Assembly: GCA_963738205.1 (NCBI GenBank)
Contig: CAVTVQ010000008.1
Location: forward strand, 24,784 to 88,783
Direction of reading: 5' to 3'
Source: an uncultured Actinomycetes bacterium
Lineage (GTDB): Bacteria; Actinomycetota; Thermoleophilia; Gaiellales; Gaiellaceae
DNA length: 64,000 nucleotides
The position numbers and the translations under genes were made by a program. Shown here piece by piece: positions 9,386 to 18,986 of the stretch (position 1 is the first letter of the stretch; every line of letters begins with the position of its first letter). The notes beneath the pieces are model-generated. The model made no database searches, was not told where the DNA came from, and saw only the letters and a program-made list of their open reading frames with translations.

Positions 9386-10579
9386 CTAGCCGCGAATCTC
9401 CGTCCAGGCGTTCACCCAGTCCTCCTGGGTCTTGCAGGTTCCGCCCTCACCGCCACAGTCCTCGGTGGGCGTCGTCCAGTAGTAGACGTCGTCCCACCAC
9501 GACTCGTCCGAGGCGTGGAACTCGTCGCAGTGGTTCTTGTTCTTCGTCAGATCGCACGCCTTCAGGTTGACCGGCGCCTCTCCGAAGCCCTCGGCCACGG
9601 CCGCCTGCGCCGCCGGCGAGATCATGTGATCCATCCAGAGGTACATGCAGTTCGGGTGCTGCGCCTTGGAATAGATCATCCAGGTGTCCGACCAGCCCGT
9701 CGTGCCTTCCTTGGGCTTCACGCCCTCGACGGGCTTCTTGTCGCCCTTGAGGATGTTCACCTGGATCGGCCACGTCGTGCCGATCACGACATCCTTGTTC
9801 GCGTACGACTGGATCTGCTTCGCGTAGTCGGCCCACCATTCGCCCACGTTCGGAGCGAGCCCCTTCAGCAGGTCGACGGAGGCCTGGAACTGCTCGTCGT
9901 TCAGCTGGTAGGGGTTGTCGATGCCGAGCTCGGGCTTCGTCGCCTTCAAGTAGAGCGCAGCGTCGGCGATGAAGATCGAGTCGTCGTAGATCGAGATCTT
10001 GCCCTTGCTGGGCGTGCTCGGGTCCCAGATCGCCCCCCAGCTGTCGGGTGCAGGTGTGACCGCGTCCGTCCGCCACGCGAGCAGGTTCGGCCCACGTCCG
10101 TGGGGCACGCCGTACGGTTGGTCGTCCCTCGAGTTGTAGTCCTGGTTCTTGATCCCCTCCTGGACGTCCGCGTAGTTCGGGATCAGATCCGTGTTCACCG
10201 GTGCGACGTCGCCCCGCTCCATCATGCGGACGCTCGCGTTCCCGGAGGCGGAGACGCCGTCGTACTGGCCAGACGTGACGAGCGCGACCATGTCGTCGGA
10301 CGTCGCCCCGTCCTTCGTCTTCACCGCGCAGCCGGTCTGCTGCTGGAACTCCTTGGTCAGCTGCGCGTAGCCGGGCCACTGGACCAGGTTGACCTGGCCC
10401 TCCTCACGCGCCTTCTCCTTGATCTCGTCGAGGCTGCCGCCGAGACCCTCGATGGCGGTGTCGCCACCGGAGCCGCCGGCCTCATCGTCCCCGCCGCAGC
10501 TCGCGGCCGCGAAGGCCAGCGCGATCAGCAGCGCTGCAAGAGCGGCGGGGCGCGCCCAACCTCTCGGGTGTTCAGTCAT
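9386..10579 (-). CDS. ABC substrate-binding lipoprotein (PotD/PotF family), second importer
   Basis: The start MTEHPRGWARPAALAALLIALAFAAASCGG has a signal peptide and lipobox. ATG 10579 overlaps the ATPase stop (ATGACTGA). The upstream 12 codons of the ORF are rejected. Confidence 0.85.
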   Translation of the reverse strand: MTEHPRGWARPAALAALLIALAFAAASCGGDDEAGGSGGDTAIEGLGGSLDEIKEKAREEGQVNLVQWPGYAQLTKEFQQQTGCAVKTKDGATSDDMVALVTSGQYDGVSASGNASVRMMERGDVAPVNTDLIPNYADVQEGIKNQDYNSRDDQPYGVPHGRGPNLLAWRTDAVTPAPDSWGAIWDPSTPSKGKISIYDDSIFIADAALYLKATKPELGIDNPYQLNDEQFQASVDLLKGLAPNVGEWWADYAKQIQSYANKDVVIGTTWPIQVNILKGDKKPVEGVKPKEGTTGWSDTWMIYSKAQHPNCMYLWMDHMISPAAQAAVAEGFGEAPVNLKACDLTKNKNHCDEFHASDESWWDDVYYWTTPTEDCGGEGGTCKTQEDWVNAWTEIRG

Positions 10580-11660
10580 TCGTCTCCTCCATTTCTCCCC
10601 CCGGTTCGATTGCATAGGTGTGCTCGGGCCGCCACTCCAGGCGGACGCGACGGCCGCGGGCCTCGAGCACTTCGGTCGAGGACGTCTCCAGGTTCTGGCG
10701 GACGACCATCAGCGCGCCGCCGTCGTCGAGGTCGACGACGTAGCGGGTGACCATCCCCACGTAGACGACATCGCGGATCCGACCGTCCTCCACATGGGCC
10801 CCGGTGGCCGGCTCGGCTCCTGCCGCGAGGAGGCGGATCTTCTCCGGCCGCACGGTGACGCGGCTCGGCTTCCCGTCCAGGACGCGGTCGAGCACGTTGG
10901 AGACGCCGACGAAGCCGGCGACGAACTCGCTCTCCGGGCGCTCGTAGACGGTCGCCGGCGGCCCGACCTGCTCGATCCTTCCCTCGTTGAAGACGGCGAG
11001 GCGGTCGCTCATCGTGAGCGCTTCCTCCTGGTCGTGGGTCACGTAGAGGAACGTGATGCCGACGTCCTCCTGGATGCCTTTGAGCTCGATCTGCATCTGC
11101 TGGCGGAGCTTCAGGTCGAGGGCGCCGAGCGGCTCGTCCAGGAGCAGCACCTGCGGCCGGTTGACGATCGCCCGGGCCAGGGCGACGCGCTGCCGCTGTC
11201 CGCCCGAGAGCTGCCCAGGCTTGCGCTCGCCGAAGCCGGTGAGCCGTACCATTTCGAGCGCCTCGTCGACCCTTCGCCGGCGCTCGGGCCGCGGGACCTT
11301 CTTCACCCGCAGGCCGTAGGCAACGTTGTCCGACACGCTCATGTGCGGAAACAGCGCGTAGTCCTGGAAGACGGTGTTCACGTTGCGCGCAAACGGCGGC
11401 ACGCCCGTCACGTCCTTGCCGCCGAGCAGGATCCGGCCCGAGTCGGGCTGCTCGAAGCCGGCGATCAGTCGCAGCGTCGTCGTCTTGCCCGACCCGCTCG
11501 GGCCGAGCATCGTGAAGAACTCGCCGGCCCGCACCAGCAGGTCGACGCCGTTGACCGCTGCGACTTCCCCGTACGACTTGTAGGCGGAGACGACCTCGAC
11601 GTCGGCCGGTCGCGCTTCGTCCGCGAGCGAACTAGACGCTGCCTGCACAGGCGTCGACAA
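10572..11660 (-). CDS. ABC transporter ATP-binding protein (PotA-like), second importer
   Basis: Walker A GPSGSGKTT, signature [15 protein letters not shown] and Walker [12 protein letters not shown] are present, plus a C-terminal TOBE-like region. Confidence 0.9.
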   Translation of the reverse strand: MSTPVQAASSSLADEARPADVEVVSAYKSYGEVAAVNGVDLLVRAGEFFTMLGPSGSGKTTTLRLIAGFEQPDSGRILLGGKDVTGVPPFARNVNTVFQDYALFPHMSVSDNVAYGLRVKKVPRPERRRRVDEALEMVRLTGFGERKPGQLSGGQRQRVALARAIVNRPQVLLLDEPLGALDLKLRQQMQIELKGIQEDVGITFLYVTHDQEEALTMSDRLAVFNEGRIEQVGPPATVYERPESEFVAGFVGVSNVLDRVLDGKPSRVTVRPEKIRLLAAGAEPATGAHVEDGRIRDVVYVGMVTRYVVDLDDGGALMVVRQNLETSSTEVLEARGRRVRLEWRPEHTYAIEPGGEMEETND

Positions 11661-12934
11661 GCGCTCCCTCCAACAGGTCGAGGCCCCGGTCGAGCTCCTC
11701 GTCCGAGGCGACCAGGGGGACGAGGATCCGGACGACGTTCCCGTACAGCCCGCACGAGAGCAGGATCAGACCCCGCTCTCTGGCTGCCGTCGTCGTCGCG
11801 CTCGCGAGCTCGGGTGCCGGCTCCTTCGTGGCGCGGTCGCGGACGAGCTCCAGGGCGAGCATGGGGCCGAGCCCGCGGACCTCGCCGACCTGCGGCATGC
11901 GCTCGGCGATCCCGCTCAACCGCGCCCGCAGCCGCTGGCCGATCTGCTCGGCGCGCGAGCTGGAAGCGGTCGGCCGCCACCTCGTCGAGGACGGCGATGC
12001 CGGCCGCGCACGCGACCGGGTTGCCGCCGAACGTGCCGCCCAGCCCGCCGGGCTCGACCGCGTCCATGACCTCCGCCCGGCCGGTGACGCCCGCCAGCGG
12101 GAGCCCCCCGCCGAGGCTCTTGCCCGAGACGAGCAGGTCGGGCTCGACGCCGTGCGCCTCGATCGCCCACACCGGGCCGGTGCGGCCGACGCCGCTCTGC
12201 ACCTCGTCGTCGACGTAGAGGATGCCGTGCCGGTCGCAAAGCTCCCGCAGCTGGACGACGAAGTCGCGCGGCATCGGGATGAACCCGCCTTCGCCCTGGA
12301 CCGGTTCCAGCACGACGCACGCGACTTCGCCCGGGTCGACCTCGCGCTTGAAGAGGAGCTCGAGGCCCGCGATTGCATCGTCGGTTTTGACGCCGCGGTA
12401 CGGATACGGCGCGGGCGCGTGGTAGACCTCGGGCGCCAACGGCCCGAACCCGGCGCGGTACGTGACCTTGCTGGTCAGCGTCATCGTCAGCAGCGTGCGC
12501 CCGTGGAAGGCGTTGTCGAACGCGACCACCGCGGGCCGGCCCGTCGCGGCGCGGGCGATCTTGACCGCGTTCTCGACCGCCTCCGCGCCCGAGTTCAAGA
12601 GCAGGCTGCGCTGCTCTTCGCCGCGGCAGGGCGACAGCTCGGCCAGCCGTCTAGAGAGCTCGATGTAGGGCTCGTACATACCGACCATGAAGCACTGGTG
12701 CAGGTAACGGTCGATCTGCTCGTGCATCGCCGCGACAGCCGACGGCAGGCCGTGGCCCGCGTTCTGGCAGCCGAGCCCGCCGGCGAAGTCGACGTAAATG
12801 CTCCCGTCGACGTCGACGACGGTCGCGCCCTCGGCGCGCGCGACCACGAGCTTCGGCGTCGCCACGCCGCGCGCGACGTACCGGTCGCGCGCCGCGAGAA
12901 TACGCTCGGTCTCCGTGCGCTCGGTCGTGGCCAC
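11632..12934 (-). pseudogene. gabT: 4-aminobutyrate aminotransferase (GabT-like, class III), reading frame broken once
   Basis: The N-terminal 323 aa (MATTERTETERILAARDRYVARGV...GKSLGGGLPL...GGNPVACAAGIAVLDEVAADR) are in the 11465..12934 frame. The C-terminal ~106 aa (AEQIGQRLRARL...GEVRGLGPMLALEL...LEGALVDACAGSV) are in the 11632..12378 frame. The switch falls at about 11945-11965 in a GCGCGC tract. Confidence 0.8.
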
Positions 12935-13002
12935 GCGTCGCTAGCTAAACCGCTCCCCGCCGTGCACGACAAGGGCCGCCGGGTCCAGTCGATCTCCCGC
13001 CA

Positions 13003-13021
13003 TATGGACAGACGGGCCAAG
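13003..13021 (-). promoter_or_regulatory. candidate operator, CTTGGCC-CGTCT-GTCCATA (site B)
   Basis: Read on the minus strand, it lies 68 nt upstream of the gabT ATG (12934). It has the same core TTGGCC-N5-GTCCA as sites A and C. Confidence 0.4.
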
Positions 13022-13078
13022 AGCTTTCGGCCCTGTTGGCCTTCCCGGGCCTTGCAACCCCCTCTTCAGCACCGTAGT

Positions 13079-13097
13079 TTTGGCCGAACCGTCCAGA
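13079..13097 (+). promoter_or_regulatory. candidate operator, TTTGGCC-GAACC-GTCCAGA (site C)
   Basis: It lies 34 nt upstream of the amine-oxidase ATG (13132) and has the same core as sites A and B. Confidence 0.4.
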
Positions 13098-13131
13098 CGA
13101 TGGTGCTGCTCACGCGCGGGAGAGGAGAGAC

Positions 13132-14667
13132 ATGACACGTACCCCCCTGGCACAGGAGCTTCAGCAGGCGGCGGCAGCCTCAGCGCCCGAGAGCGAGCCC
13201 ACAATCACGAGACGCCGCCTCCTCCGCGACGCCGGGCTCGTCGGACTGACGCTCGCCGCGTCAGGACGCTTCGCGCCACCCGCAAACCCGGCAACGGCGC
13301 CGCGCATCGTCGTCGTCGGCGCCGGCCTGGCCGGACTGACCTGCGCGTACCGCCTCAAGCAGGCCGGCTATCTCGCGCAGGTCCACGACGCCGCCGATCG
13401 TGTCGGCGGCCGCTGTTGGACGATCCGCGGCGCGTTCGCGGACGGTCAGATCGCGGAGCATGGGGGCGAGCTGATCGATCAAGGGCACACCGCGATCCGG
13501 CAGCTCGCGCAGGAGCTGGGCCTGAAGCTCGACAACCTGCTGCAGGCCGAGCAGAACGGGGCGGAGCCGACCTATTACTTCGACCGCGCGGACTACCCCT
13601 TCACGCAGGCCACCACGGACCTGAAGGCCGTCTGGCAAAAGATCCATAGCGACGCGTCGGCCGCCGGCTATCCCACGACCTACGACAGCTTCACGCAGCG
13701 CGCGTTCGAGCTCGACGACATGTCGATCGTCGACTGGATCGAGGAGTCCGTGCCGGGCGGCATGCGTTCCAGGCTCGGGCAGTTGCTGGACGTCGCCTAC
13801 AACATCGAATACGGCGCCGAGTCGGCCCAGCAAAGCTCGCTCAATCTGCTCTACCTGCTCGCCTATGCGGGCCCGGGTCAGCTGCGGATCTTCGGCAAGT
13901 CGAACGAGAAGTACCACGTCCGCGGTGGGAACGACCAGATTCCGGCCCGGGTGGCCGCCGCGCTCGCCGGGCAGGTGGCGCTCGGCTCCGAGCTGACGGC
14001 CATCCGGCTGCGCTCGGACGGGGCGTACTCGCTGAGCCTCCGGAGTGGAGGCTCGACGAAGACCGTGGTCGCCGACCGTGTCGTGCTCGCCCTTCCGTTC
14101 GCAGTGCTGCGCGCCTCGGTCGACTACGCGCAGGCCGGTTTCAAGGCTCTCAAGCGCATCGCGATCGCCGAGCAGGGCATGGGAACGAACTCGAAGCTCC
14201 ACGTCCAGTTCCGGACGCGGCACTGGGAGTCGCTGCGGTCGAGCGGTGAGACGTACGCCGACACCGGCTACCAGAGCACGTGGGACGTCACGCGGACGCA
14301 GGCGGGCCGTTCCGGAATCCTCGTCGACTACACCGGCGGATTGATCGGCGCCGGCTTCGGCTCGGGGACGGCTGCCTCGCGCGCCAAGGAGTTCCTCAGC
14401 CAGATCGAGCCCGTGCTGCCCGGTATCTCGGCGCAGTGGAACGGTCGAGCGACGCGCGACGTCTGGACTGCCGACCCTTGGACGCGGGGCTCGTACTCGT
14501 ATTGGAAGGTGGGCCAGTACACCCGCTTTGCCGGGGTCGAGAGGGAGGTCGAGGGCGCCTGCCACTTCTGCGGTGAGCACACCTCGATCGACTTCCAGGG
14601 CTACCTCAACGGCGCGGTCGAGACGGGCGAGCGGGCGGCGGGCGAGGTGATCGCTGCGCTTCGCTAG
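13132..14667 (+). CDS. flavin-dependent amine oxidase with twin-arginine (Tat) signal
   Basis: 511 aa. The Tat-like N-terminus is TRRRLLRDAGLVGLTLAASG. The FAD fold follows: RIVVVGAGLAGLTCAYRLKQAGY..HDAADRVGGR. A flavin monoamine-oxidase-type C-terminus is present (CHFCGEHTS). The SD GGAGAGGAGAG lies upstream. Confidence 0.9.
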   Translation: MTRTPLAQELQQAAAASAPESEPTITRRRLLRDAGLVGLTLAASGRFAPPANPATAPRIVVVGAGLAGLTCAYRLKQAGYLAQVHDAADRVGGRCWTIRGAFADGQIAEHGGELIDQGHTAIRQLAQELGLKLDNLLQAEQNGAEPTYYFDRADYPFTQATTDLKAVWQKIHSDASAAGYPTTYDSFTQRAFELDDMSIVDWIEESVPGGMRSRLGQLLDVAYNIEYGAESAQQSSLNLLYLLAYAGPGQLRIFGKSNEKYHVRGGNDQIPARVAAALAGQVALGSELTAIRLRSDGAYSLSLRSGGSTKTVVADRVVLALPFAVLRASVDYAQAGFKALKRIAIAEQGMGTNSKLHVQFRTRHWESLRSSGETYADTGYQSTWDVTRTQAGRSGILVDYTGGLIGAGFGSGTAASRAKEFLSQIEPVLPGISAQWNGRATRDVWTADPWTRGSYSYWKVGQYTRFAGVEREVEGACHFCGEHTSIDFQGYLNGAVETGERAAGEVIAALR

Positions 14668-14676
14668 CGCACGCGC

Positions 14677-16128
14677 ATGCTCATCGTTCGCGACATCGCC
14701 ACGCTACCCGGTCTCGATCTACGCGTCGCCGCCGGAGCAGATGGGCTGAGCCGCGAGGTCAGCTGGCTCCACGTCTCGGAGCTCGACGACCCGACGCCTT
14801 GGCTCGAGGGCGGCGAGTTCCTGCTCACGACCGGGCTCGGCGTCGGCGAGCTCGCTGCTGCCCAGCGGGCGTACATCCGGCGCCTCGCCTCGCACGGAAT
14901 CTCAGGCCTGGGCTTCGGGATCGGCCTGGGCTTCGCGGATGTTCCTCCTGCCCTGGTCGAGGAGGCCGACCGGCTGCGCTTCGCGATCGTGACGGTGCCG
15001 TACGAGGTGCCGTTCGTGGCGATCACGAAGGCGGCGTTCACCCACCTCGCCAACGAGCAGCTGGAGCGGGTGACGCGAGCACTGGCTGTGCACGAGCGCC
15101 TCGCCGAGGCGGTCGTGGAGGGCCGTGGCGTCCACGCGCTGCTGTCGATCGTCTGCACGCACCTGGAATGCAGCCTCGCGCTCCTCGACGAGAACGGCCT
15201 CGTCGTCGGCGAGCGGCATCCGGGCAAGCGGGCGTCGTTCGACGGCGCGCTCGAGCTGCCGGTCGTCGCCCACGGGGAGCCGGCCACCTTGCGCGCCGCG
15301 CGGGACGGCCGTCCCTTCGGCGAGTACGACCGCCTGGTGCTGCACCACGGCCAGACGGCGCTCGCGTTCGAGCTCTCGCGCCGGCGGGCGGTCAGCGCCG
15401 CCGAGCTGCGGCTGGCCGGCGACCTGCTCGAAGACCTCGAGGACGACCGCCTCGACGAGCGCGAGGCTTCGCGCCGGATGGCGGCGTTCGGGCTAGACCC
15501 GCGCGGGAGCTACGCGGCCTTGCTCGCGCTGCCGACGAACGGGGCGACTGCCGAGGGGGTTCGGCTTCGGCTCGCGGGCGAGTTGGACACGCTGTCCGTG
15601 CCGTACGTCTCGACCGCCCGTCTCGACCGCGCGGCGTTCCTCGTCGAGGCGAGCGACGACGACGCGGTGCTGGCTCTGGGGCAGCGGCTCGCGACCGGCT
15701 CCGACTGGCGCGTCGGGATCGGGCGGCCGGGCCGCGGCCGTCAGCTCGGCCGCAGCCTGCTCGAGGCCCGTGCGGCGCTCGAGACAACCGAGGGCAGGGT
15801 CGCCTCGTACCGCGACCTCGGGTCGTTGGAGCTCTTGCTCAACCTCGACGACGCACCGCTCGAGGCCTTCGTCGACCGCGTGCTCGGCGCCGCCGCGAGC
15901 AACTCCTGGCTGCTCGACTCGCTCTCCGGCCTGCTCGACGCCGGCTGCCGCTGGAGCGAGGCGGCTGAGCGGCTCGGCGTCCATCGGCACACGCTCCGTT
16001 ACCGGATGGATCGCCTCCGCGAAGTGACCGGCCGTCACCCGGACGATCCGGGTCAACGAATGGAGCTGTGGCTCGCGCTCAAGGCCCACGACGCGCTCCA
16101 GGCGCGCCGGGCGGTGCGGGCCACGTGA
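14677..16128 (+). CDS. PucR-family transcriptional regulator
   Basis: 483 aa. The N-terminal PucR/purine-catabolism-regulator-like domain reads MLIVRDIATLPGLDLRVAAG...WLEGGEFLLTTG. The C-terminal PucR HTH reads AERLGVHRHTLRYRMDRLREVTG. Confidence 0.85.
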   Translation: MLIVRDIATLPGLDLRVAAGADGLSREVSWLHVSELDDPTPWLEGGEFLLTTGLGVGELAAAQRAYIRRLASHGISGLGFGIGLGFADVPPALVEEADRLRFAIVTVPYEVPFVAITKAAFTHLANEQLERVTRALAVHERLAEAVVEGRGVHALLSIVCTHLECSLALLDENGLVVGERHPGKRASFDGALELPVVAHGEPATLRAARDGRPFGEYDRLVLHHGQTALAFELSRRRAVSAAELRLAGDLLEDLEDDRLDEREASRRMAAFGLDPRGSYAALLALPTNGATAEGVRLRLAGELDTLSVPYVSTARLDRAAFLVEASDDDAVLALGQRLATGSDWRVGIGRPGRGRQLGRSLLEARAALETTEGRVASYRDLGSLELLLNLDDAPLEAFVDRVLGAAASNSWLLDSLSGLLDAGCRWSEAAERLGVHRHTLRYRMDRLREVTGRHPDDPGQRMELWLALKAHDALQARRAVRAT

Positions 16129-17111
16129 TCGCTGTGCTCGGCGCAGCCGGGACGATCGGCCGCACCGTGACCGCGTTCCTCGAGGAGTGGGAGGCTCCGG
16201 TCCGGCGGCTCGACTTCCGCCTGGAGGGCGACGAGCACGTCGACGTCACCGACCCGGAGTCGCTCGCCCGCGGCCTCGAGGGCACCCGGGTTGTCGTCAA
16301 CTCGGTCGACTACCGCTTCAACCTCGACGTGATGCGCGGCGCGCTCGCGGCCGGCGTCGACTACGTCGACCTCGGCGGGCTCTTCCACATGACACGCCGC
16401 CAACTGGAGCTCGACGGCGACTTCCGCGCGGCCGGCCGCACGGCGATCCTCGGGCTCGGGTCGGCGCCGGGGAAGACCAACCTGCTCGCCCGCGCGGCGG
16501 CGGAGCGGCTCGCCGGGAATCCGACCTCCCTGGAGATCTGGGCGGCGACGCGCGACCCGGCCGCGAGCGACCATCCGCTGCCTGCTCCGTACTCGGTGCG
16601 GACGCTCCTCGACGAGCTGACCATGTCGCCGATGGTCGTGCGCGACGGCCGGCTCGAGGAAGCCGAGCCGCTCTCCGGCCGCACGACGCGCACGTTCCCC
16701 GATCCGGTCGGCACGGCCGCGGGCATCTACACGCTTCACTCCGAGCTGGCCACGCTGCCCGTGCGCTACCCGAGCGTGCAGGAGGCGAGCTTCCGCCTCT
16801 GCCTGGCGCCGGGCCTGATCGAGAAGCTGCTCGCCCTGCCCGAGGGCGAGGAGCCCGAGCCGTACGTGCAGTCACCCGCGTCCGTCTCGGCCCACGTGGT
16901 CGAGGCGACGAACGGCGACGGCCGTTCCGTCATCGGTACCTCACTGACGCGGGGCGGGAGCGCGCGCTCGACCTCCGAGCCGACCGCCCGGGCCGCCGTC
17001 GAGCTGCTCGAAGGCCGGCTCGCCGCCCCGGGGGCGGCCGCGCCCGAGGACGCGATCGCCGACCCCGAGGCCTTCCTCGCGCTGCTCGGCACGGAGGTCT
17101 CGTGGAGCTAG
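16125..17111 (+). CDS. saccharopine dehydrogenase family NAD(P)-binding protein
   Basis: The GTG at 16125 overlaps the pucR stop (GTGA). VIAVLGAAGTIGRTV is a Rossmann motif. GVDYVDLGG and GLGSAPGKTNLL are typical of the Sacchrp_dh N-terminal domain. Confidence 0.8.
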   Translation: MIAVLGAAGTIGRTVTAFLEEWEAPVRRLDFRLEGDEHVDVTDPESLARGLEGTRVVVNSVDYRFNLDVMRGALAAGVDYVDLGGLFHMTRRQLELDGDFRAAGRTAILGLGSAPGKTNLLARAAAERLAGNPTSLEIWAATRDPAASDHPLPAPYSVRTLLDELTMSPMVVRDGRLEEAEPLSGRTTRTFPDPVGTAAGIYTLHSELATLPVRYPSVQEASFRLCLAPGLIEKLLALPEGEEPEPYVQSPASVSAHVVEATNGDGRSVIGTSLTRGGSARSTSEPTARAAVELLEGRLAAPGAAAPEDAIADPEAFLALLGTEVSWS

Positions 17112-17205
17112 ACGCCTTCGATGTCGAGCTCCGGGGCGTAAGCAAGCGCTTCGACGACGGCCGGCGGGCCACGGTCATCCTCCCCCGGGCCTGAAAGGAG
17201 CCATC

Positions 17206-18666
17206 GTGGCAACGACCGTTCGCACCCTCCAGAACTTCATCGGCGGCGAGTGGGTGGAGTCCACCGGCGAGCACGTCCGCGAGATCGTCTCGCCGGTCAC
17301 CGGCGAGAAGGTCGCCGACGCGCCCGACGCGAGCCGCGAGGACGTGGCCCGGGCCGCTCGGGCGGCCCGCGAGGCGCAGCCCGGCTGGGCCGCGCTGTCC
17401 GCCTGGGACCGGGCACGCATCTGCCACGCGATCGCGGACGCGATCGACGAGCGCACCGAGGACATGGCCCGCGAGCTCTCGCTCGAGCAGGGCAAGCCCT
17501 ATGCGGCCGAGGCGATTCCGGACATCGAGGAGACTGCCGAGAACTTCCGCATCGCCGCCGAGGACGTCAAGCGCATGGAGAGCGCGATCATCCCCTCGCA
17601 GGACGTCAACAAGCGCATCCTGACCTTCCGCAAGCCGAACGGCGTCTACGCGGGAATCACGCCCTGGAACTTCCCGACGCTGATCCCTGTCGAGCTGATC
17701 GCACCGGGCATCGCCGCCGGCAACACGATCGTGATGAAGCCGTCCGAGTGGACGCCGGTCGCGATGGCCACCTTCATGCAGGTCATGGCCGACGCGGGTC
17801 TGCCGCCCGGAGTCGTCAACGTCGTCTACGGCGGCGGGGAGGTCGGCGAGGCACTCGTGACCGATGAGAACGTCGACTGCGTCGGCTTCGTCGGCTCGCA
17901 CCACACAGCGGAGAAGATCGTGCGGGCCGCGGGCTTGAAGCGCACGCTGATCGAGGCGAGCGGGAACGGGCCGGTGATCGTCTGTGCGGACGCAGACCTC
18001 GAGGCTGCGGCCAAGGGCGCCGTCTTCGGCGGCTTCTTCTGCGCCGGCCAGGTCTGCTGCGCGACCGAGCGCGTGCTCGTCGACAAGCGCGTCCACGACG
18101 ACTTCCTATCGGCGGTCGTGCGTGAGGCGGAGGGCTGGAAGCTCGGCGACCCGTTCGACAAGGACACGCTCGTCGGGCCGATGAACAACGAGCCGACCGC
18201 GCAGAAGATGGACGCGCACGTGGCCGACGCCGTCGACAAGGGAGCCGAGGTCGTGCTCGGCGGGTCGCGCGACGACGGGCGCCCGACCTCGCTCTACTAC
18301 CAGCCCACCGTGGTGGATCGAGTGGGCGTCGACACGCTGATCAACCGCGACGAGACCTTCGGGCCGATCGTGCCGGTGATCGTCGTGGACGGCGACGACG
18401 AGGCGCTGGCGGTGGCGAACGACTCGCACCTCGGGCTGCAGGCGGCCGTGTACACCAGGAGCCTCAAGCGGGCGTTCCGGTTCCTCGACTCGCTCCGCGT
18501 CGGCAACGTCGTCGTCAACGACTCGACCGACTACTGGGAGGCGCACGAGCCGTTCGGCGGCGCTGCCGGCACGCGAACGGGCTGGGGGCGGATCGGCGGC
18601 CGCTACACCATGCTCGACATGACCGACCTGAAGACGGCCGTGATCGACGTGGGTCAGCTGGACTAG
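17206..18666 (+). CDS. aldehyde dehydrogenase family protein
   Basis: 486 aa with a GTG start 5 nt after the AAAGGAG SD. ALDH motifs are present (ITPWNFP, MKPSEWTP, EASGNGP, CCATERV, HLGLQAAVYT). Confidence 0.9.
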   Translation: MATTVRTLQNFIGGEWVESTGEHVREIVSPVTGEKVADAPDASREDVARAARAAREAQPGWAALSAWDRARICHAIADAIDERTEDMARELSLEQGKPYAAEAIPDIEETAENFRIAAEDVKRMESAIIPSQDVNKRILTFRKPNGVYAGITPWNFPTLIPVELIAPGIAAGNTIVMKPSEWTPVAMATFMQVMADAGLPPGVVNVVYGGGEVGEALVTDENVDCVGFVGSHHTAEKIVRAAGLKRTLIEASGNGPVIVCADADLEAAAKGAVFGGFFCAGQVCCATERVLVDKRVHDDFLSAVVREAEGWKLGDPFDKDTLVGPMNNEPTAQKMDAHVADAVDKGAEVVLGGSRDDGRPTSLYYQPTVVDRVGVDTLINRDETFGPIVPVIVVDGDDEALAVANDSHLGLQAAVYTRSLKRAFRFLDSLRVGNVVVNDSTDYWEAHEPFGGAAGTRTGWGRIGGRYTMLDMTDLKTAVIDVGQLD

Positions 18667-18731
18667 CTGCGTTCGTTCGCCGGTGGGCGCGCCTCCGGCT
18701 GGCCCGCGTTCCGCCCAGGCATGCTGAGGGC

Positions 18732-18983
18732 GTGGATCAAGCCGTCCAGATCGCGGGTGCCCTCGCCATCCTCGCCGCCTTCGCGCTGGCCCAGTTCGGC
18801 AAGCTCGACCAGCGCTCGACGTGGTACCTCGTACTGAACCTCATCGGATCGGCGGTGCTGGCGGCGCTCGCCTACCGGGAGCGGCAGTGGGGCTTCTTCC
18901 TGCTCGAGGGCGTCTGGGCCCTGGTGTCGGCGTACGGGTTCGTCGCGAGGCGCCGTGGTGCCCCGATCGCGCCGGTTCACTAG
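18732..18983 (+). CDS. small two/three-TM membrane protein (hypothetical)
   Basis: 83 aa with a GTG start. It is hydrophobic (IAGALAILAAFALAQF, LVLNLIGSAVLAALAY, FFLLEGVWALVSAYGF) and has high GC3. Confidence 0.6.
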   Translation: MDQAVQIAGALAILAAFALAQFGKLDQRSTWYLVLNLIGSAVLAALAYRERQWGFFLLEGVWALVSAYGFVARRRGAPIAPVH

Positions 18984-18986
18984 GTC

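Noticed and set aside
13035-13053. GTTGGCC-TTCCC-GGGCCTT as a fourth copy of the operator motif
   Set aside because: Only the first half-site (TTGGCC) matches. The second half lacks GTCCA.
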